A stretch of 64,000 bases of DNA from Campylobacterota bacterium. GTDB taxonomy: Bacteria > Campylobacterota > Campylobacteria > Campylobacterales > Sulfurimonadaceae. A model generated the notes under the pieces. It was not told the DNA's origin. It did no database searches and saw only the letters and a list, made by a program, of their open reading frames with translations. This document shows, one piece after another, positions 10,914-22,378 of this stretch; the first letter of the stretch is position 1, and the number at the start of each line of letters is the position of its first letter. The position numbers were made by a program, and so were the translations under genes. The stretch lies in assembly GCA_034661055.1 (NCBI GenBank), contig JAYEKO010000015.1, positions 36,950 through 100,949 on the forward strand, written 5' to 3'.

Positions 10914-11980
10914 TACAACTCCTGTTTCTCTTTCTCTTTTAACTGTCCACATGCCGCACTAATATCAATACCTTTTGAATCACGAATAGTACACAGCAGT
11001 CCATGATTAACTAGGTACTCTTGAAACTCAATCATACTTTTTTTGCTAGGTCGTTCATATGGAGTATCAGGATAGGGATTAAAATAGATTAGGTTCACCT
11101 TCGCTTTAATACCGTGTAAAAGTTTGACCAATTTTTTAGCCGACTGCTGATCATCATTTTTACCTTTAATGACAAGGTACTCAAACATTACACGTTTTCG
11201 GGTATCGATTGGAAAGCGTTTGATTGCCTCAATAATGGAGGCGATATTATGTGCTTTATTCATAGGAATTAACTCTGTACGAAGGTCATCATCTACTGCA
11301 TGAAGAGAGATAGCAATATGAACACCCAAATCCATCTCCCCAAGCTTATCTATCTTACTACTAAGTCCACTCGTTGAGACCGTTTGACGTTTTGGTGAGA
11401 TAGCAAAACCGTCATCATCAGCAAATATTTTAATGGCTTTGGCAAGATTGTCCAGATTATCTAGTGGTTCACCCATTCCCATATAGACAATATTTAAGCG
11501 TCTGTTAGCTGCTATGTTATTATCTTTTTTAAGCTCTAAAACTTGTGCTACTATCTCACCTGAAGTTAGGTCACGGGTAAATCCACCTTTAGCAGTAAGA
11601 CAGAAAGCACATCCTACTTTACAGCCCACTTGCGTGGAGACACAGACCGTATATTTCGCATGATGTAGCAGATTTCCCTCACTATCGAGTTCGTCTTCTT
11701 TCATCCTAAGAAGAACACTCTCTACAGTTTTTCCATCAGGAAGCTCAAATAGGTACTTAATAGTACCGTCACTTGACTCCTCTTTTTTTAAGATACTCAG
11801 TGGTGTAATGTTATATTTTACATGTAAATCTTCACGCATCACTTTTGGAAGATTTTTCATCTCTTCAAAACTGTTGGCATATTGCGCGTAGAGCCATCCG
11901 AAGATCTGTTTGGCACGAAAAGAGGGTTTAATAGCTTGAGCAAGTTCCTCTTTGGTATAGTCTAAAATAGTTGGCTTCAT
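10913..11980 (-). CDS. rlmN: 23S rRNA (adenine-C2) methyltransferase, radical SAM
   Basis: [32 protein letters not shown]. Confidence 0.97.
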   Translation of the reverse strand: MKPTILDYTKEELAQAIKPSFRAKQIFGWLYAQYANSFEEMKNLPKVMREDLHVKYNITPLSILKKEESSDGTIKYLFELPDGKTVESVLLRMKEDELDSEGNLLHHAKYTVCVSTQVGCKVGCAFCLTAKGGFTRDLTSGEIVAQVLELKKDNNIAANRRLNIVYMGMGEPLDNLDNLAKAIKIFADDDGFAISPKRQTVSTSGLSSKIDKLGEMDLGVHIAISLHAVDDDLRTELIPMNKAHNIASIIEAIKRFPIDTRKRVMFEYLVIKGKNDDQQSAKKLVKLLHGIKAKVNLIYFNPYPDTPYERPSKKSMIEFQEYLVNHGLLCTIRDSKGIDISAACGQLKEKEKQEL

Positions 11981-12516
11981 GAAGTTAGCTCTCTGATTCT
12001 CTGATTTACATGTAGTGTCAGTTTTGCTTTGGCCGCTTCATGATTTTTTAAAAAGTCAGCATGGGCACTATTATTACAAAAATTTGTTACGCAAAAGACT
12101 CCGCCAGCTGGAATATTAAACTCCTGTGCAACTCTAAGCACCGAAAAGAATTCCATGTTTTCTAGACCAATTCCCAAAGGCAGAAATTTCTGTACCAAAT
12201 CAAAGTCCGTAGAGATATAGTTTGATGAGTTAATGACAATATCTTTTATATTTTTTGTTTGCGTTGAGACAACGTTATCTAAAGGCGTGTAGCCTATATT
12301 TTGTAAAAACGATAACTCAATGTTAGATGCTGTTTTAGATTCGACAATATCTAAAATTTGATGTTCACCGTAGCTTCCCGCACTTCCCACAAACAGCAGA
12401 AATTCCGGTTTATCAAAAAGACAGAGTCTTGTTAAGTTAATAGCTGTTTCAACAAGCCCTACACCAGTAGGTGTCGCAAAATCAAAGGTTTCACTATTTC
12501 CTGCACAGATAATCAT
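11977..12516 (-). CDS. nucleoside phosphorylase-family protein
   Basis: GVG, FVGSAG, ENME, VTN motifs of the PNP/MTAN fold. Confidence 0.75.
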   Translation of the reverse strand: MIICAGNSETFDFATPTGVGLVETAINLTRLCLFDKPEFLLFVGSAGSYGEHQILDIVESKTASNIELSFLQNIGYTPLDNVVSTQTKNIKDIVINSSNYISTDFDLVQKFLPLGIGLENMEFFSVLRVAQEFNIPAGGVFCVTNFCNNSAHADFLKNHEAAKAKLTLHVNQRIRELTS

Positions 12517-13271
12517 AAGCGTACCGCAATATTATTATCATGTAGATAGTGTTTTAAATCCATGATATCGATCTCTTTGTAATGAAATATAGAAGCAGCA
12601 AGTGCGGCATCAGCACCATATTCAAATGCCTCTTTAATATGCTCCATTGTCCCTGCCCCACCACTGGCAATAATAGGGATGTTAAGTAGTTCACTTAGCT
12701 CTTGTGTAATAGGAATGTCAAAGCCTTCCTTAGTGCCATCTGCATCCATAGAAGTTAAAAGAATCTCTCCTGCTCCACGGTCTGCTACCTCCTTAGCCCA
12801 TGCTACCGCATCAATGCCAGTATCGACACGACCGCCATTGAGATAGACATTATATCGACCATTAGTCTGCTTAACATCAATAGCTACTACAATACATTGC
12901 GATCCAAAACGTTTAGCTCCCTCATTAATAAGCTCAGGACGTTTAATTGCTGCGGAGTTAACGCTGACCTTGTCGCAACCTACATGTAAAAGTGCATAAA
13001 TATCTTCTAGTTTCCTAATTCCTCCACCGACAGTCAATGGAATAAAAACCTCTTTAGCCACTTTCTCAACAATGTCTACAATAGTGTCGCGACCTTCATG
13101 TGAAGCTCCAATGTCTAAAAAAGTAATCTCATCAGCACCCTCTTCATTATAACGCTTAGCTACCTCAACAGGATCACCTGCATCACGCAAACCTACAAAG
13201 TTAACACCTTTAACAACACGTCCATCTTTAACATCAAGACAGGGAATAATTCTTTTGGCAAAATAGTCCAT
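12513..13271 (-). CDS. hisF: imidazole glycerol phosphate synthase subunit HisF
   Basis: [35 protein letters not shown]. Confidence 0.98.
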   Translation of the reverse strand: MDYFAKRIIPCLDVKDGRVVKGVNFVGLRDAGDPVEVAKRYNEEGADEITFLDIGASHEGRDTIVDIVEKVAKEVFIPLTVGGGIRKLEDIYALLHVGCDKVSVNSAAIKRPELINEGAKRFGSQCIVVAIDVKQTNGRYNVYLNGGRVDTGIDAVAWAKEVADRGAGEILLTSMDADGTKEGFDIPITQELSELLNIPIIASGGAGTMEHIKEAFEYGADAALAASIFHYKEIDIMDLKHYLHDNNIAVRL

Positions 13272-13368
13272 ATAATATCTCTTGTTCTTTTATTACCGCA
13301 AGTATAAAGAAAAATCACTTAACAACAGTGTATAATTCATTTTTACATGTAATTTACAGGAAGTATTT

Positions 13369-13815
13369 ATGCAAGATGAGATGGTATCGGTCTTTATTGA
13401 CCACATGAACAGCCCAAGAAACTATGGAAAATTAGAGAGCTATGACGGTTGCGGTATTGGCAAGAACCCACAAAATGGCGAGAGTGTAATTGTCTATTTT
13501 AAACTAAAAGATGCACTAATTAATGAGATTGCCTATCAAGTAAAGGCTTGTAGTACTACCGTTGTCAGCGGCTCTATTTTTACCGACACAGTTAAGGGTG
13601 TAAGCCTACTAGAAGCACAAACGCTTACTAACATTATGTTAGAATCTCTAGAGAGTGTTCCAGAGGAAGAGGCAGCCTGTTCTGAAATTGTTGCTGCTGC
13701 ATTTTTAGCAGCACTGGAGCATTACGAAAACTTAAAAATAGACAAAGATGCTCTTATGGTCACTAAACTAACAGCAAAAGAGTGCAATCCGGAGATAGCA
13801 GATGAATCAAAATAA
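13369..13815 (+). CDS. NifU-N/IscU/SufU-like scaffold protein (variant)
   Basis: DHMNSPRNYG, NPQNGE, ACS, AACS. Confidence 0.75.
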   Translation: MQDEMVSVFIDHMNSPRNYGKLESYDGCGIGKNPQNGESVIVYFKLKDALINEIAYQVKACSTTVVSGSIFTDTVKGVSLLEAQTLTNIMLESLESVPEEEAACSEIVAAAFLAALEHYENLKIDKDALMVTKLTAKECNPEIADESK

Positions 13816-14632
13816 CTTCACCTTACTACATGCCACATGGCTTACCACACTTTTTAGCTCATTTGCTCTACCTCAAGGTGAACTAAAAGGGCAACTTTAT
13901 GACTTTTCAGAAATTATCTATCGACATCTGCGCTGGGTAGAAAATGCTCTATTAAAACAAGACGTTATTATAAGTTACGAACGTCCCAACCTAAACTTTA
14001 AATATAATAATATTGGCAATATGATTTCTACATGTAAAATTATGCTTGAAGGACTATTAGAACAGTATGAAGGTGATGATGAGCTTTCAAAACGTATTTC
14101 TGCAGATTTACAATACATAATTTTTGTACTCAGCACCAATTTAACCGACGAAACACCACTTAAAGCATTCAATCGTGAGCTAAAACTAAGTGACGAAACA
14201 GAACTTACTCCTGAAACTATAATGACTTTAGTGACGTTTTTATTTGATGAGTCCTATAAGGAGTATGAACTTATTGTTATCTACTCTTATGCACAAACAC
14301 GGATTGACAATCAGCGAATTCATGAAATTTTTCAAATTTTAATTGATGAATCAAAATTTCATCTCAAATCTTTTGCACAGATTATGACAGATTTAGGAAT
14401 TTTAACCATTCCTCGTTTTATAACCTCAGAAATTTATGCCTTTGACTCTTTAGAGAAATTTCTTCTCGATGGTATTGACGAAGAAGAAGCTGCAAAAGAA
14501 GAGTGTCGCGCTATTGCGCAGAGTATTAATCATAAACCATTGCGTAACTTTTTCAACTTTATTAACACTCAAGAGAGTTACCATATCGCTTTAATGGAAG
14601 AAGCATTAGAAATTTTTAGAAACTTAAAATAA
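13802..14632 (+). CDS. ferritin-like superfamily (diiron-type) protein
   Basis: Helical; ESYKEYE, DESKFH, DEEEA, QESYH E/ExxH pattern. Confidence 0.6.
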   Translation: MNQNNFTLLHATWLTTLFSSFALPQGELKGQLYDFSEIIYRHLRWVENALLKQDVIISYERPNLNFKYNNIGNMISTCKIMLEGLLEQYEGDDELSKRISADLQYIIFVLSTNLTDETPLKAFNRELKLSDETELTPETIMTLVTFLFDESYKEYELIVIYSYAQTRIDNQRIHEIFQILIDESKFHLKSFAQIMTDLGILTIPRFITSEIYAFDSLEKFLLDGIDEEEAAKEECRAIAQSINHKPLRNFFNFINTQESYHIALMEEALEIFRNLK

Positions 14633-14695
14633 GTTTTTCTAATGCTAGACTGTCGTCAAATCTTGCTTTAAGCACATTTTGTGTAAAATCTTCGA

Positions 14696-15466
14696 ATGCA
14701 AAATTCTCATAAAGCCAAAAAACAGTTTGGTCAAAACTTTTTAAAAGATGAGTCTGTATTGCATCAAATCATCCAATCGATGCCCAATACTGAGCACACC
14801 GTTGCCGAAATTGGACCTGGATTAGGTGATTTAACTAAATATTTAGTTGATGTCAAAAGTGTTACTGCTTTTGAGGTTGATAAGGACCTTTGCAAGCACC
14901 TAAATGATAAATTTGACAAAGAGATCGCAACCAAGCGCCTTCACATTCGTTGTGGAGATGTATTAGAAGCTTGGCAGAGTGAGCTTTTAGATGAACCCTA
15001 TGACCTGGTAGCAAACCTACCTTATTATATTGGGACCACAATCATCTTAAAAGCACTCGCAGATCCAATGTGTAAAAATTTGCTTGTAATGGTTCAAAAA
15101 GAGGTGGCGCAGAAATTTGCGGCACAGCCTAGAGAGAAAGTATTTGGCTCCTTAGGAGTCATTGCGCAGAGTGTTGGAAAGGCTTCAATTGCTATTGAAG
15201 TTCCGCCCACTGCCTTTGACCCTATGCCCAAGGTTGATTCTGCAGTCTTACTGATTCAAAAAGTAAAAGACCGCAGTGATGCAGAGTTTGAGAAAATGTT
15301 AAGATTTGCATTTACTCAACCACGAAAAACCTTAATGAAAAACTTAAGTTCTCACTACGACAAGGCAACGGTTCAAGCAGCATTTAAGACGCTTGAACTC
15401 TCTTTGACCATTCGACCTCATCAAGTAACAACAGCTGACTATCACCAACTCTATACAATAATATAA
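14696..15466 (+). CDS. rsmA: 16S rRNA adenine dimethyltransferase
   Basis: KKQFGQNFL, EIGPGLG, ANLPY, MVQKEVA, F.P.PKVDSAV. Confidence 0.97.
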   Translation: MQNSHKAKKQFGQNFLKDESVLHQIIQSMPNTEHTVAEIGPGLGDLTKYLVDVKSVTAFEVDKDLCKHLNDKFDKEIATKRLHIRCGDVLEAWQSELLDEPYDLVANLPYYIGTTIILKALADPMCKNLLVMVQKEVAQKFAAQPREKVFGSLGVIAQSVGKASIAIEVPPTAFDPMPKVDSAVLLIQKVKDRSDAEFEKMLRFAFTQPRKTLMKNLSSHYDKATVQAAFKTLELSLTIRPHQVTTADYHQLYTII

Positions 15467-15491
15467 ATATTTGATATAACTAGGAGTTTGG

Positions 15492-17414
15492 ATGAACCAA
15501 GAAGAAAATAAGAGTGCACAACAACCTGTAGCTCGAACAAGCGAGCCTCTAAAAGGGCCCAATAAAAATCAACAAAACAGCAATCGATCTCGAAACCCAC
15601 AAAACCGTAACAGACAAGGCGGTAAACAAGGTGGCAATAAAAACCGTCGTCGAAATGCTCCAGCACCGGTAGATAAAACACTAAAAGAGTTTGTTACTAA
15701 AAACCAAGAGATTCACAAAAATCGCCTTAATCCGCATTTTAAACTAGACCTAAATTCCAATGCAAAAATTCGCATCACCCCTCTTGGTGGCCTAGGCGAA
15801 ATTGGTGGTAATATAACTGTTTTTGAGACAGAAAAAGAGGCAATCTTGGTTGATGTAGGAATGAGTTTTCCTAATGAGGAGATGCATGGTGTTGATATTT
15901 TAGTGCCTGACTTTACCTATGTACGTGAGATTCGCAAAAAGATTGTCGCTGTAATTATTACTCATGCTCATGAAGACCATATTGGTGCAATGCCGTATCT
16001 TTACAAAGAGATGCAGTTTCCAATTTACGCTACTCCGCTTCCACTTGCAATGATTGGAAATAAATTTGATGAGCACCATCTTAAAGAGCATAGACGCTAT
16101 TTCAACCCTATTGAAAAACGTAAAGTCTATAAAATTGGTGATGATTTTGAGATTGAGTGGATGCATATGACACACTCTATCCTTGATTCTTCATCATTAG
16201 CAATTACCACTGCTGCAGGTACGATAATTCATACCGGTGACTTTAAGATTGATCACACTCCAGTAGATGGTTACACCGCAGACCTGCACCGATTTGCCGC
16301 TTACGGTGAAAAAGGTGTTTTGTGTATGCTTTCAGATTCAACTAACTCGTATAACAAAGAGATAACACCTAGTGAGCTAACTGTTGCTCCAGCACTTGAT
16401 CGCATGTTCACTAAAGCAGAAGGTCGTGTTATCTTATCTACATTTAGCTCCAATGTACACCGCGTTTATCAAGCAATTCAATATGGAATCAAACACAAAA
16501 GAAAAGTCTGTGTTATTGGACGTTCAATGGAGCGAAACCTAGAAGTAACTATGCAGTATGACTACATTAGGCTACCAAAAAACATCTTTGTTGATGCCGA
16601 TGAAGTGAGCCGTATGAATGATAAAGATGTGCTTATTGTCACAACTGGTTCTCAAGGTGAGCCTAACTCAGCGCTCTTTAGAATGTCTATTGGGGAGCAC
16701 CGTCATATCAAGATTAAACCAACAGACTTAATCGTCCTCTCTTCTCGTGCTATCCCAGGCAATGAGGGTTCAATTTCTGGAATGCTTAATCACCTTCAGC
16801 GTGCTGGTGCAAAAGTTGCAAGTGAACGTGATTTACATGTATCTGGGCATGCAGGTATTGAAGAGCAGAAGCTACTGCTACGTCTCTCTAATCCTAAGTT
16901 CTTTTTACCGGTTCATGGTGAATACAATCATATCATGAAGCATAAAGAGACAGGAATGGCGTGTGGTATTCCTGAACGTAATATTTTACTTATGACAGAT
17001 GGCGACTGTATTGAAGTAGGTCCAAAGTTTATGCGCAAAGCCAAAAGCGTTAAGACAGGTAAGACCTATATTGATAATCAAAATAACCATCAGATAGAAG
17101 ATGACATTGTCATTGATCGTCAGAAGATGGCTAATGATGGTATTGTAATGATTGTTGCACAGGTAAGTGCTACGGATTCTCATATTATCTCAAAACCTCG
17201 TGTTACCTCATTTGGTTTGGTTGCTGATAAACAAGATAAAGCTTTTGCAAAAGAGATGGAAGATATTCTTGAACAATTTATGGTAAACCTAAAAGCAGGT
17301 CATATTGAAAACCCTAAAGCGATGGAAAATGATCTACGTCAGGTGGTTCGTAAACATATCTATAGAAAAATGAAGAAGTATCCTCTCATTGTTCCTAATG
17401 TTTTTATAATGTAA
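15492..17414 (+). CDS. rnj: ribonuclease J
   Basis: PLGGLGEIG, THAHEDHIG, HTGDFKID, TGSQGE, HVSGHA, PVHGE; low-complexity N-terminal extension. Confidence 0.97.
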   Translation: MNQEENKSAQQPVARTSEPLKGPNKNQQNSNRSRNPQNRNRQGGKQGGNKNRRRNAPAPVDKTLKEFVTKNQEIHKNRLNPHFKLDLNSNAKIRITPLGGLGEIGGNITVFETEKEAILVDVGMSFPNEEMHGVDILVPDFTYVREIRKKIVAVIITHAHEDHIGAMPYLYKEMQFPIYATPLPLAMIGNKFDEHHLKEHRRYFNPIEKRKVYKIGDDFEIEWMHMTHSILDSSSLAITTAAGTIIHTGDFKIDHTPVDGYTADLHRFAAYGEKGVLCMLSDSTNSYNKEITPSELTVAPALDRMFTKAEGRVILSTFSSNVHRVYQAIQYGIKHKRKVCVIGRSMERNLEVTMQYDYIRLPKNIFVDADEVSRMNDKDVLIVTTGSQGEPNSALFRMSIGEHRHIKIKPTDLIVLSSRAIPGNEGSISGMLNHLQRAGAKVASERDLHVSGHAGIEEQKLLLRLSNPKFFLPVHGEYNHIMKHKETGMACGIPERNILLMTDGDCIEVGPKFMRKAKSVKTGKTYIDNQNNHQIEDDIVIDRQKMANDGIVMIVAQVSATDSHIISKPRVTSFGLVADKQDKAFAKEMEDILEQFMVNLKAGHIENPKAMENDLRQVVRKHIYRKMKKYPLIVPNVFIM

Positions 17415-17451
17415 TGCTATAATGAGCTTATTTCAAATATAGGATGGGCTC

Positions 17452-18354
17452 ATGCTAGACAATTCTCACTTTAGAGTTCTAATTGTTGATGATGAACGCT
17501 TTAATATTGATGTCGTTGTTGGATTTTTAGAGTCTGAGTCTTATAGGCTATCTTTTGTTACCAATGGCCAAGATGCTTTAAATGCTGCCTTTTCTAACCC
17601 ATTCGATCTGATTTTACTCGATATTAATATGCCTGGAATGAATGGGTTTGAAGTCTGTGAACGTCTTAAGCAAGACAGTGCCACCAAAGAGATACCCATA
17701 ATTTTTTTAAGTGCTCTTAATGATATTGAGACTATTACCCGCGCATTCTCAAATGGAGCTGCTGATTACATATCAAAACCTTTTAACGGCTTAGAGTTAA
17801 TTGCGCGCGTCAAAATACAGATTAATTTGCGACGATATATACTTGAACTCATCGATAAGCAGACACGTTTAGCACAGCTAGCTGCCACTGATACACTTAC
17901 TGGTCTTCCTAATCGACTACGCTTTTTATCAATGCTAAATAAAATAATAGATGAGGATCCTAGCAATCTCTGCATGGCATATGTTAAAATAGATCATCTG
18001 CATCGATTAAATACTATGTATGGCTACAAGACGTGCGATAAACTCATAGCCAAAATAGCTAAAATTATACGTGGTAATACACGCAATAGTGATACTGTTG
18101 CACGTATATTTGGTTCTGAGTTTGTAATTTTACTACCAAAAACCTCACTTCAAATGACCGTAGAACTTATTAAGTCTCTGCAAGACATTTTAAGAAAATC
18201 AAAAATTATAGATACTCAAGTCAGCTTCTCTATTGGTCTGGCACAATATCAAGAGAATGAGTCCAGCGAGGCATTCATCTTGCGTACAGAAAAGATCATG
18301 GAAGAGGCAATCGAACTTGGTGGTGATATGATCACAAATAAGTTATCTTCTTAA
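17452..18354 (+). CDS. response regulator receiver + GGDEF-like domain protein
   Basis: LIVDD, LLDINMP, KP; DTLTGLPNR; signature reads FGSEF. Confidence 0.85.
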   Translation: MLDNSHFRVLIVDDERFNIDVVVGFLESESYRLSFVTNGQDALNAAFSNPFDLILLDINMPGMNGFEVCERLKQDSATKEIPIIFLSALNDIETITRAFSNGAADYISKPFNGLELIARVKIQINLRRYILELIDKQTRLAQLAATDTLTGLPNRLRFLSMLNKIIDEDPSNLCMAYVKIDHLHRLNTMYGYKTCDKLIAKIAKIIRGNTRNSDTVARIFGSEFVILLPKTSLQMTVELIKSLQDILRKSKIIDTQVSFSIGLAQYQENESSEAFILRTEKIMEEAIELGGDMITNKLSS

Positions 18355-18389
18355 AATTTAGATATACTAAGCAATAAAAAGGAGCTTAT

Positions 18390-19010
18390 ATGAAAGTCAC
18401 TCTTGAGCATCACACCCCATTAGTTATTTGCGCTAGTGCTATACGTACCTGCTGGCAAAGTTTTGATAAAAGCGATAATGGTGGAGAGAAAGATCGAGAA
18501 CTCATTGATAGAGTTGGCAATAAATTTAAGCATGCATCTACACTAGAACATCTTGTGTATAACTTTTATATTGAAGATATCAGCCGTGCACTACTTCAAG
18601 AACTTGCACGTCATCGTATGGCATCACTATCAGTTAAAAGCACTCGCTACACGCTTAAAGAACTTAAAGATGAGAGTGAGTTTGGCACTACAGACCTAAA
18701 GCGTGCCTCTAAATATTTAGTCTTTACTGATGTTGAGATGGTAGATAAAATGAGCATTATGGCGCTCGAGAATCTTCGTGTAGTACTCAATAGCGGTATT
18801 GCAAATGATAAGGCTAAATACTGCTTACCTGAGAGCTATAAGACAGAGTTAACATGGAGCTGTAATGCCCGTAGTCTGCAAAACTTTATCTCACTACGAA
18901 GTGATAAAGCAGCTCTTTGGGAGATTCGTACATTAGCACATGCGCTATTTGACGCACTTCCGCAAGATCATCAATATCTTTTTGAAGACAGTTTAAAGAA
19001 GTACGCATGA
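18390..19010 (+). CDS. thyX: FAD-dependent thymidylate synthase
   Basis: HASTLEH, ISR, ELARHR.ASLSVKSTRY, NARSL.NF..LR, WEIR. Confidence 0.97.
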   Translation: MKVTLEHHTPLVICASAIRTCWQSFDKSDNGGEKDRELIDRVGNKFKHASTLEHLVYNFYIEDISRALLQELARHRMASLSVKSTRYTLKELKDESEFGTTDLKRASKYLVFTDVEMVDKMSIMALENLRVVLNSGIANDKAKYCLPESYKTELTWSCNARSLQNFISLRSDKAALWEIRTLAHALFDALPQDHQYLFEDSLKKYA

Positions 19011-19243
19011 AAATAGTTTTACTGTTTTCATCTGTTTTAGCATTCCTATATAGTGGCTGTAGCTCAAAAAATATGACAGTCAATGGCTTAATATGTCCTG
19101 CAGGGCATACTAATGAGTTAATACAGGCTGATTTTCGTGAGTGTTACTATTATGATATGAAAGCGATTGAAGTATCTGCTACACCTAAAATAGATGAAGA
19201 GTGTCTAAAGTGTCTAGAGGCTAAGGGATATGTGTTAGAGTAA
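19007..19243 (+). CDS. small Cys-containing lipoprotein
   Basis: Lipobox YSGC; four further Cys; ATGA overlap with thyX. Confidence 0.7.
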   Translation: MKIVLLFSSVLAFLYSGCSSKNMTVNGLICPAGHTNELIQADFRECYYYDMKAIEVSATPKIDEECLKCLEAKGYVLE

Positions 19244-19273
19244 TATTTAAGAGCTTAAAGCTCTTAAATATTA
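19241..19273. terminator. palindromic bidirectional terminator between convergent genes
   Basis: TAATATTTAAGAGCTT-a-AAGCTCTTAAATATTA, 16-bp arms containing both stop codons. Confidence 0.75.
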
Positions 19274-19624
19274 AAGTGCTGCTTTTGCTTGAGTAACCAC
19301 TGCAGTAAATGTAGCAGCATCATTCATAGCCATATCAGCAAGAATTTTACGATCGAGCTCGATGCCAGATTTCTTAAGTCCATTGATAAAGCGAGAATAG
19401 CTAATATCATTAAGACGACAAGCTGCATTAATACGGATAATCCATAGTTTACGGAACTCACGTTTTTTCTGTTTTCTATCACGGAAAGCATAAACTAAAC
19501 TACGTTCAATCTGCTCTTTTGCTTTTCTGAAGTGTTTTCTTCTACCGCTGTAGAAACCTTTTGCTAGCTTTAAAATTTTCTTATGGCGACGTCTACGGAC
19601 TACACCTGTTTTTACTCTTGGCAT
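19271..19624 (-). CDS. rplT: 50S ribosomal protein L20
   Basis: [26 protein letters not shown]. Confidence 0.99.
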   Translation of the reverse strand: MPRVKTGVVRRRRHKKILKLAKGFYSGRRKHFRKAKEQIERSLVYAFRDRKQKKREFRKLWIIRINAACRLNDISYSRFINGLKKSGIELDRKILADMAMNDAATFTAVVTQAKAAL

Positions 19625-19718
19625 TTTTTTCCTTTTTCTTTACTCTTAATGCTACTGCATTAAAGTGCCGTTTTAAACGGACTTGCCCACAATTACTGTG
19701 GAGATTTGGCTCATTAAA

Positions 19719-19910
19719 CTATTGAATCATAGCTTTAATATTTTTTTCGTCAACTTTAGCAACCAACTTAGGCTTGTTTTGTTTGCGACGAGTTTGAGCA
19801 TCTTGCTTTGTTAAGATGTGACTTCTATTCGCTGTTCCGCGTTTGATAGAACCATTTTTCTTAACTTTAAAACGCTTTGAAGCGCCTTTTACAGATTTCA
19901 TTTTAGGCAT
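19719..19910 (-). CDS. rpmI: 50S ribosomal protein L35
   Basis: MPKMKS..GASKRFK...HILTK; start moved to ATG at 19910 after AAGGAG. Confidence 0.97.
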   Translation of the reverse strand: MPKMKSVKGASKRFKVKKNGSIKRGTANRSHILTKQDAQTRRKQNKPKLVAKVDEKNIKAMIQ

Positions 19911-20042
19911 CGTAAGACTCCTTTGTATAATTCTCAAAAATGAGGTTCGGGATTATACCGAAATTTAGATATGAATTCAATTAAAAAGAGAATATTGGTA
20001 AATAAGAAGAGTACAGCCCGTTAAGAGAGCTGTAGATATAGG

Positions 20043-20573
20043 CTATTTCTTTTTATCATCTTTTAGAGGGGTTACTAGCATATTGAAATAGCGTCCCTCA
20101 AATTTAGGTGGCTTGTCCATATGTCCAACATCTTCAACCATTGGCCAGACTTTTAAAAGTACATCTCTACCCGCTTCTGGGTGAGCCATCTCACGACCAC
20201 GTAAAAAGACACGAAATTTTACAAGTTTTCCAGCTTCTAGGAATTCTCTTGCATGTTTTACTTTGTAACTAATATCATTATCAGCAATCTTAACTGAGAG
20301 TTTGATCTCTTTAATCTCAATTTTTGTCTGATTTTTACGCTGCTCTTTTAATTTTTTCTCTTCTTGGTACTTATATTTACCATAATCCATTACTTTTGCA
20401 ACAGGTGGTTTTGCGTTAGGTGCAATAAGAACAAGATCAAGTCCAAGTTCGTTAGCTTTATCCATCGCTTCATTAATCGAAACGACTCCTAGTGACTCTT
20501 CGCCATCAACATTACAACGAACCTCTGGAACTCTAATGTCATCGTTCATGATGACTTGATCTTTTTTACTCAA
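20043..20573 (-). CDS. infC: translation initiation factor IF-3 (TTG start)
   Basis: [34 protein letters not shown] overlaps the thrS TGA, GAGG 7 nt upstream. Confidence 0.97.
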   Translation of the reverse strand: MSKKDQVIMNDDIRVPEVRCNVDGEESLGVVSINEAMDKANELGLDLVLIAPNAKPPVAKVMDYGKYKYQEEKKLKEQRKNQTKIEIKEIKLSVKIADNDISYKVKHAREFLEAGKLVKFRVFLRGREMAHPEAGRDVLLKVWPMVEDVGHMDKPPKFEGRYFNMLVTPLKDDKKK

Positions 20574-22378
20574 AAATGTACCTCTTTAATTTTTTCTTGA
20601 ATCATAGCTAAAAACTCTGACTCATTTAAGTTATACTGCTCACGTGTTCTACGATCACGCACTGCAACAGTTCTATTTTCAACTTCCTCATCCCCAATGA
20701 CTATTATCATTGGAACACGACCTTTTTCTGCTGTTCGAATACGCTTGTTTAAACTCTCGTTTTTGCTAAATATTTCAGAATCTGCTCCAAAATCAATAAG
20801 TTTATCACTTAACTCTTTAGCATATTCGTTGTGCGTTTCAGCAATTGGAACAATAGCAACCTGCGTTGGAGCGATAAACATCGGAAATTCACCAGCATAA
20901 TGCTCTGTTAATATACCAATAAAACGCTCAAATGAACCTAAAATAGCTCGATGAATCATAACAGGCTGGATTTTACTGTTACTTTCTCCGTTATATTCTA
21001 GTTCAAATCGCTCTGGAAGGTTAAAATCTAATTGAATAGTTCCACACTGCCACTCACGACCAATAGCATCGGTAATCTTAATATCAATCTTTGGACCGTA
21101 AAATGCTCCACCACCTTCATCAATCTCATAAGGCAAACTGTTTGAATCCATAGCATTTTTTAGTGCTTGTGTTGAGATATCCCACACTTCGTCACTACCC
21201 ACTGCTTTTTCTGGTTGTGTTGAGATCATCATCTTGTAATCGAATTCAAATGTTTTCATGATTTTATCAACAAAATCTACAACTTCAATAATCTGCTCTT
21301 CAATCTGCTCTGATGTACAGAAAATATGGGCATCATCTTGAGTAAACTCACGAACACGGAAAAGTCCATGCAGTGCACCTGTCATCTCATGACGATGAAC
21401 GACACCATATTCAAAGTATTTAATTGGGAGATCACGATATGAACGCAACTCATCTTCATAGACTTTAATATGTCCGACACAGTTCATAGGCTTAACACCG
21501 AACTCTACCTCATCAATATTGGTAAAGTACATATTTTCGCCATAATTTTGGTAGTGTCCTGATGTCTTCCAGAGATCAGAACGCAACATCTCAGGGCCAC
21601 GAACTGGCTCATAACCACGTTTACGGTGTGCTTTATACAGAAGGTCTTCCAAACGTGCACGAAGGCGTCCGCCTGCAGGTAACCAAATTGGAAACCCTGC
21701 ACCCACCTCTTCACGAAAGGTAAATAGCTTCATCTGTGCACCAATCTTACGATGGTCACGTTTTTCAGCTTCTGCTAACATGGTCATATGATCTTTAAGC
21801 GACTCTTTATCTGCAAATGCAATACCGTAAATACGTGTTAACATCTCATTTTTAGAGTCACCTCCTAAATAAGCGCCTGCTATCTTTAAGAGTTTGAAAA
21901 AACGAATTAGCTTTACTGAAGGCAAGTGAGGTCCACGGCATAGATCCTCAAAATCTCCTTGTTTGTAAATTGAAACCGTCTCATCAGGAATTCGCTTCAT
22001 TACGGCCAACTTCAAGGGATCATTAGCAAATTTCTCTTTTGCCTCATCCATACTGATCTCATAACGTTGTATCTCATACTTCTTTTTAGCTAAAGAAAGC
22101 ATCTGTTTTTCGATACGTTTTAGATCACCTTGGCCTATCTCTTCATTGACTTTAAAGTCATAATAGAAGCCCTCTCTTACAACTGGGCCTACAAAAAACT
22201 GTGCATCCGGATAGAGAGATTTGATAGCTTGCGCCATTAAGTGTGCTGTCGAATGTCGAAGTACCTCTAATGACTCATCTGAATTATCTAAGACTATATC
22301 TTCACCGCTAATACCTTTAGCTTGTGCTGTCTGTAAATCAACAATCTCGTTATTATGTTTTATTGCTATAGCATCCAC
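20570..22378 (-). CDS. thrS: threonyl-tRNA synthetase
   Basis: [42 protein letters not shown]; probable GTG start at 22378 after AGGA. Confidence 0.98.
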   Translation of the reverse strand: MDAIAIKHNNEIVDLQTAQAKGISGEDIVLDNSDESLEVLRHSTAHLMAQAIKSLYPDAQFFVGPVVREGFYYDFKVNEEIGQGDLKRIEKQMLSLAKKKYEIQRYEISMDEAKEKFANDPLKLAVMKRIPDETVSIYKQGDFEDLCRGPHLPSVKLIRFFKLLKIAGAYLGGDSKNEMLTRIYGIAFADKESLKDHMTMLAEAEKRDHRKIGAQMKLFTFREEVGAGFPIWLPAGGRLRARLEDLLYKAHRKRGYEPVRGPEMLRSDLWKTSGHYQNYGENMYFTNIDEVEFGVKPMNCVGHIKVYEDELRSYRDLPIKYFEYGVVHRHEMTGALHGLFRVREFTQDDAHIFCTSEQIEEQIIEVVDFVDKIMKTFEFDYKMMISTQPEKAVGSDEVWDISTQALKNAMDSNSLPYEIDEGGGAFYGPKIDIKITDAIGREWQCGTIQLDFNLPERFELEYNGESNSKIQPVMIHRAILGSFERFIGILTEHYAGEFPMFIAPTQVAIVPIAETHNEYAKELSDKLIDFGADSEIFSKNESLNKRIRTAEKGRVPMIIVIGDEEVENRTVAVRDRRTREQYNLNESEFLAMIQEKIKEVHF

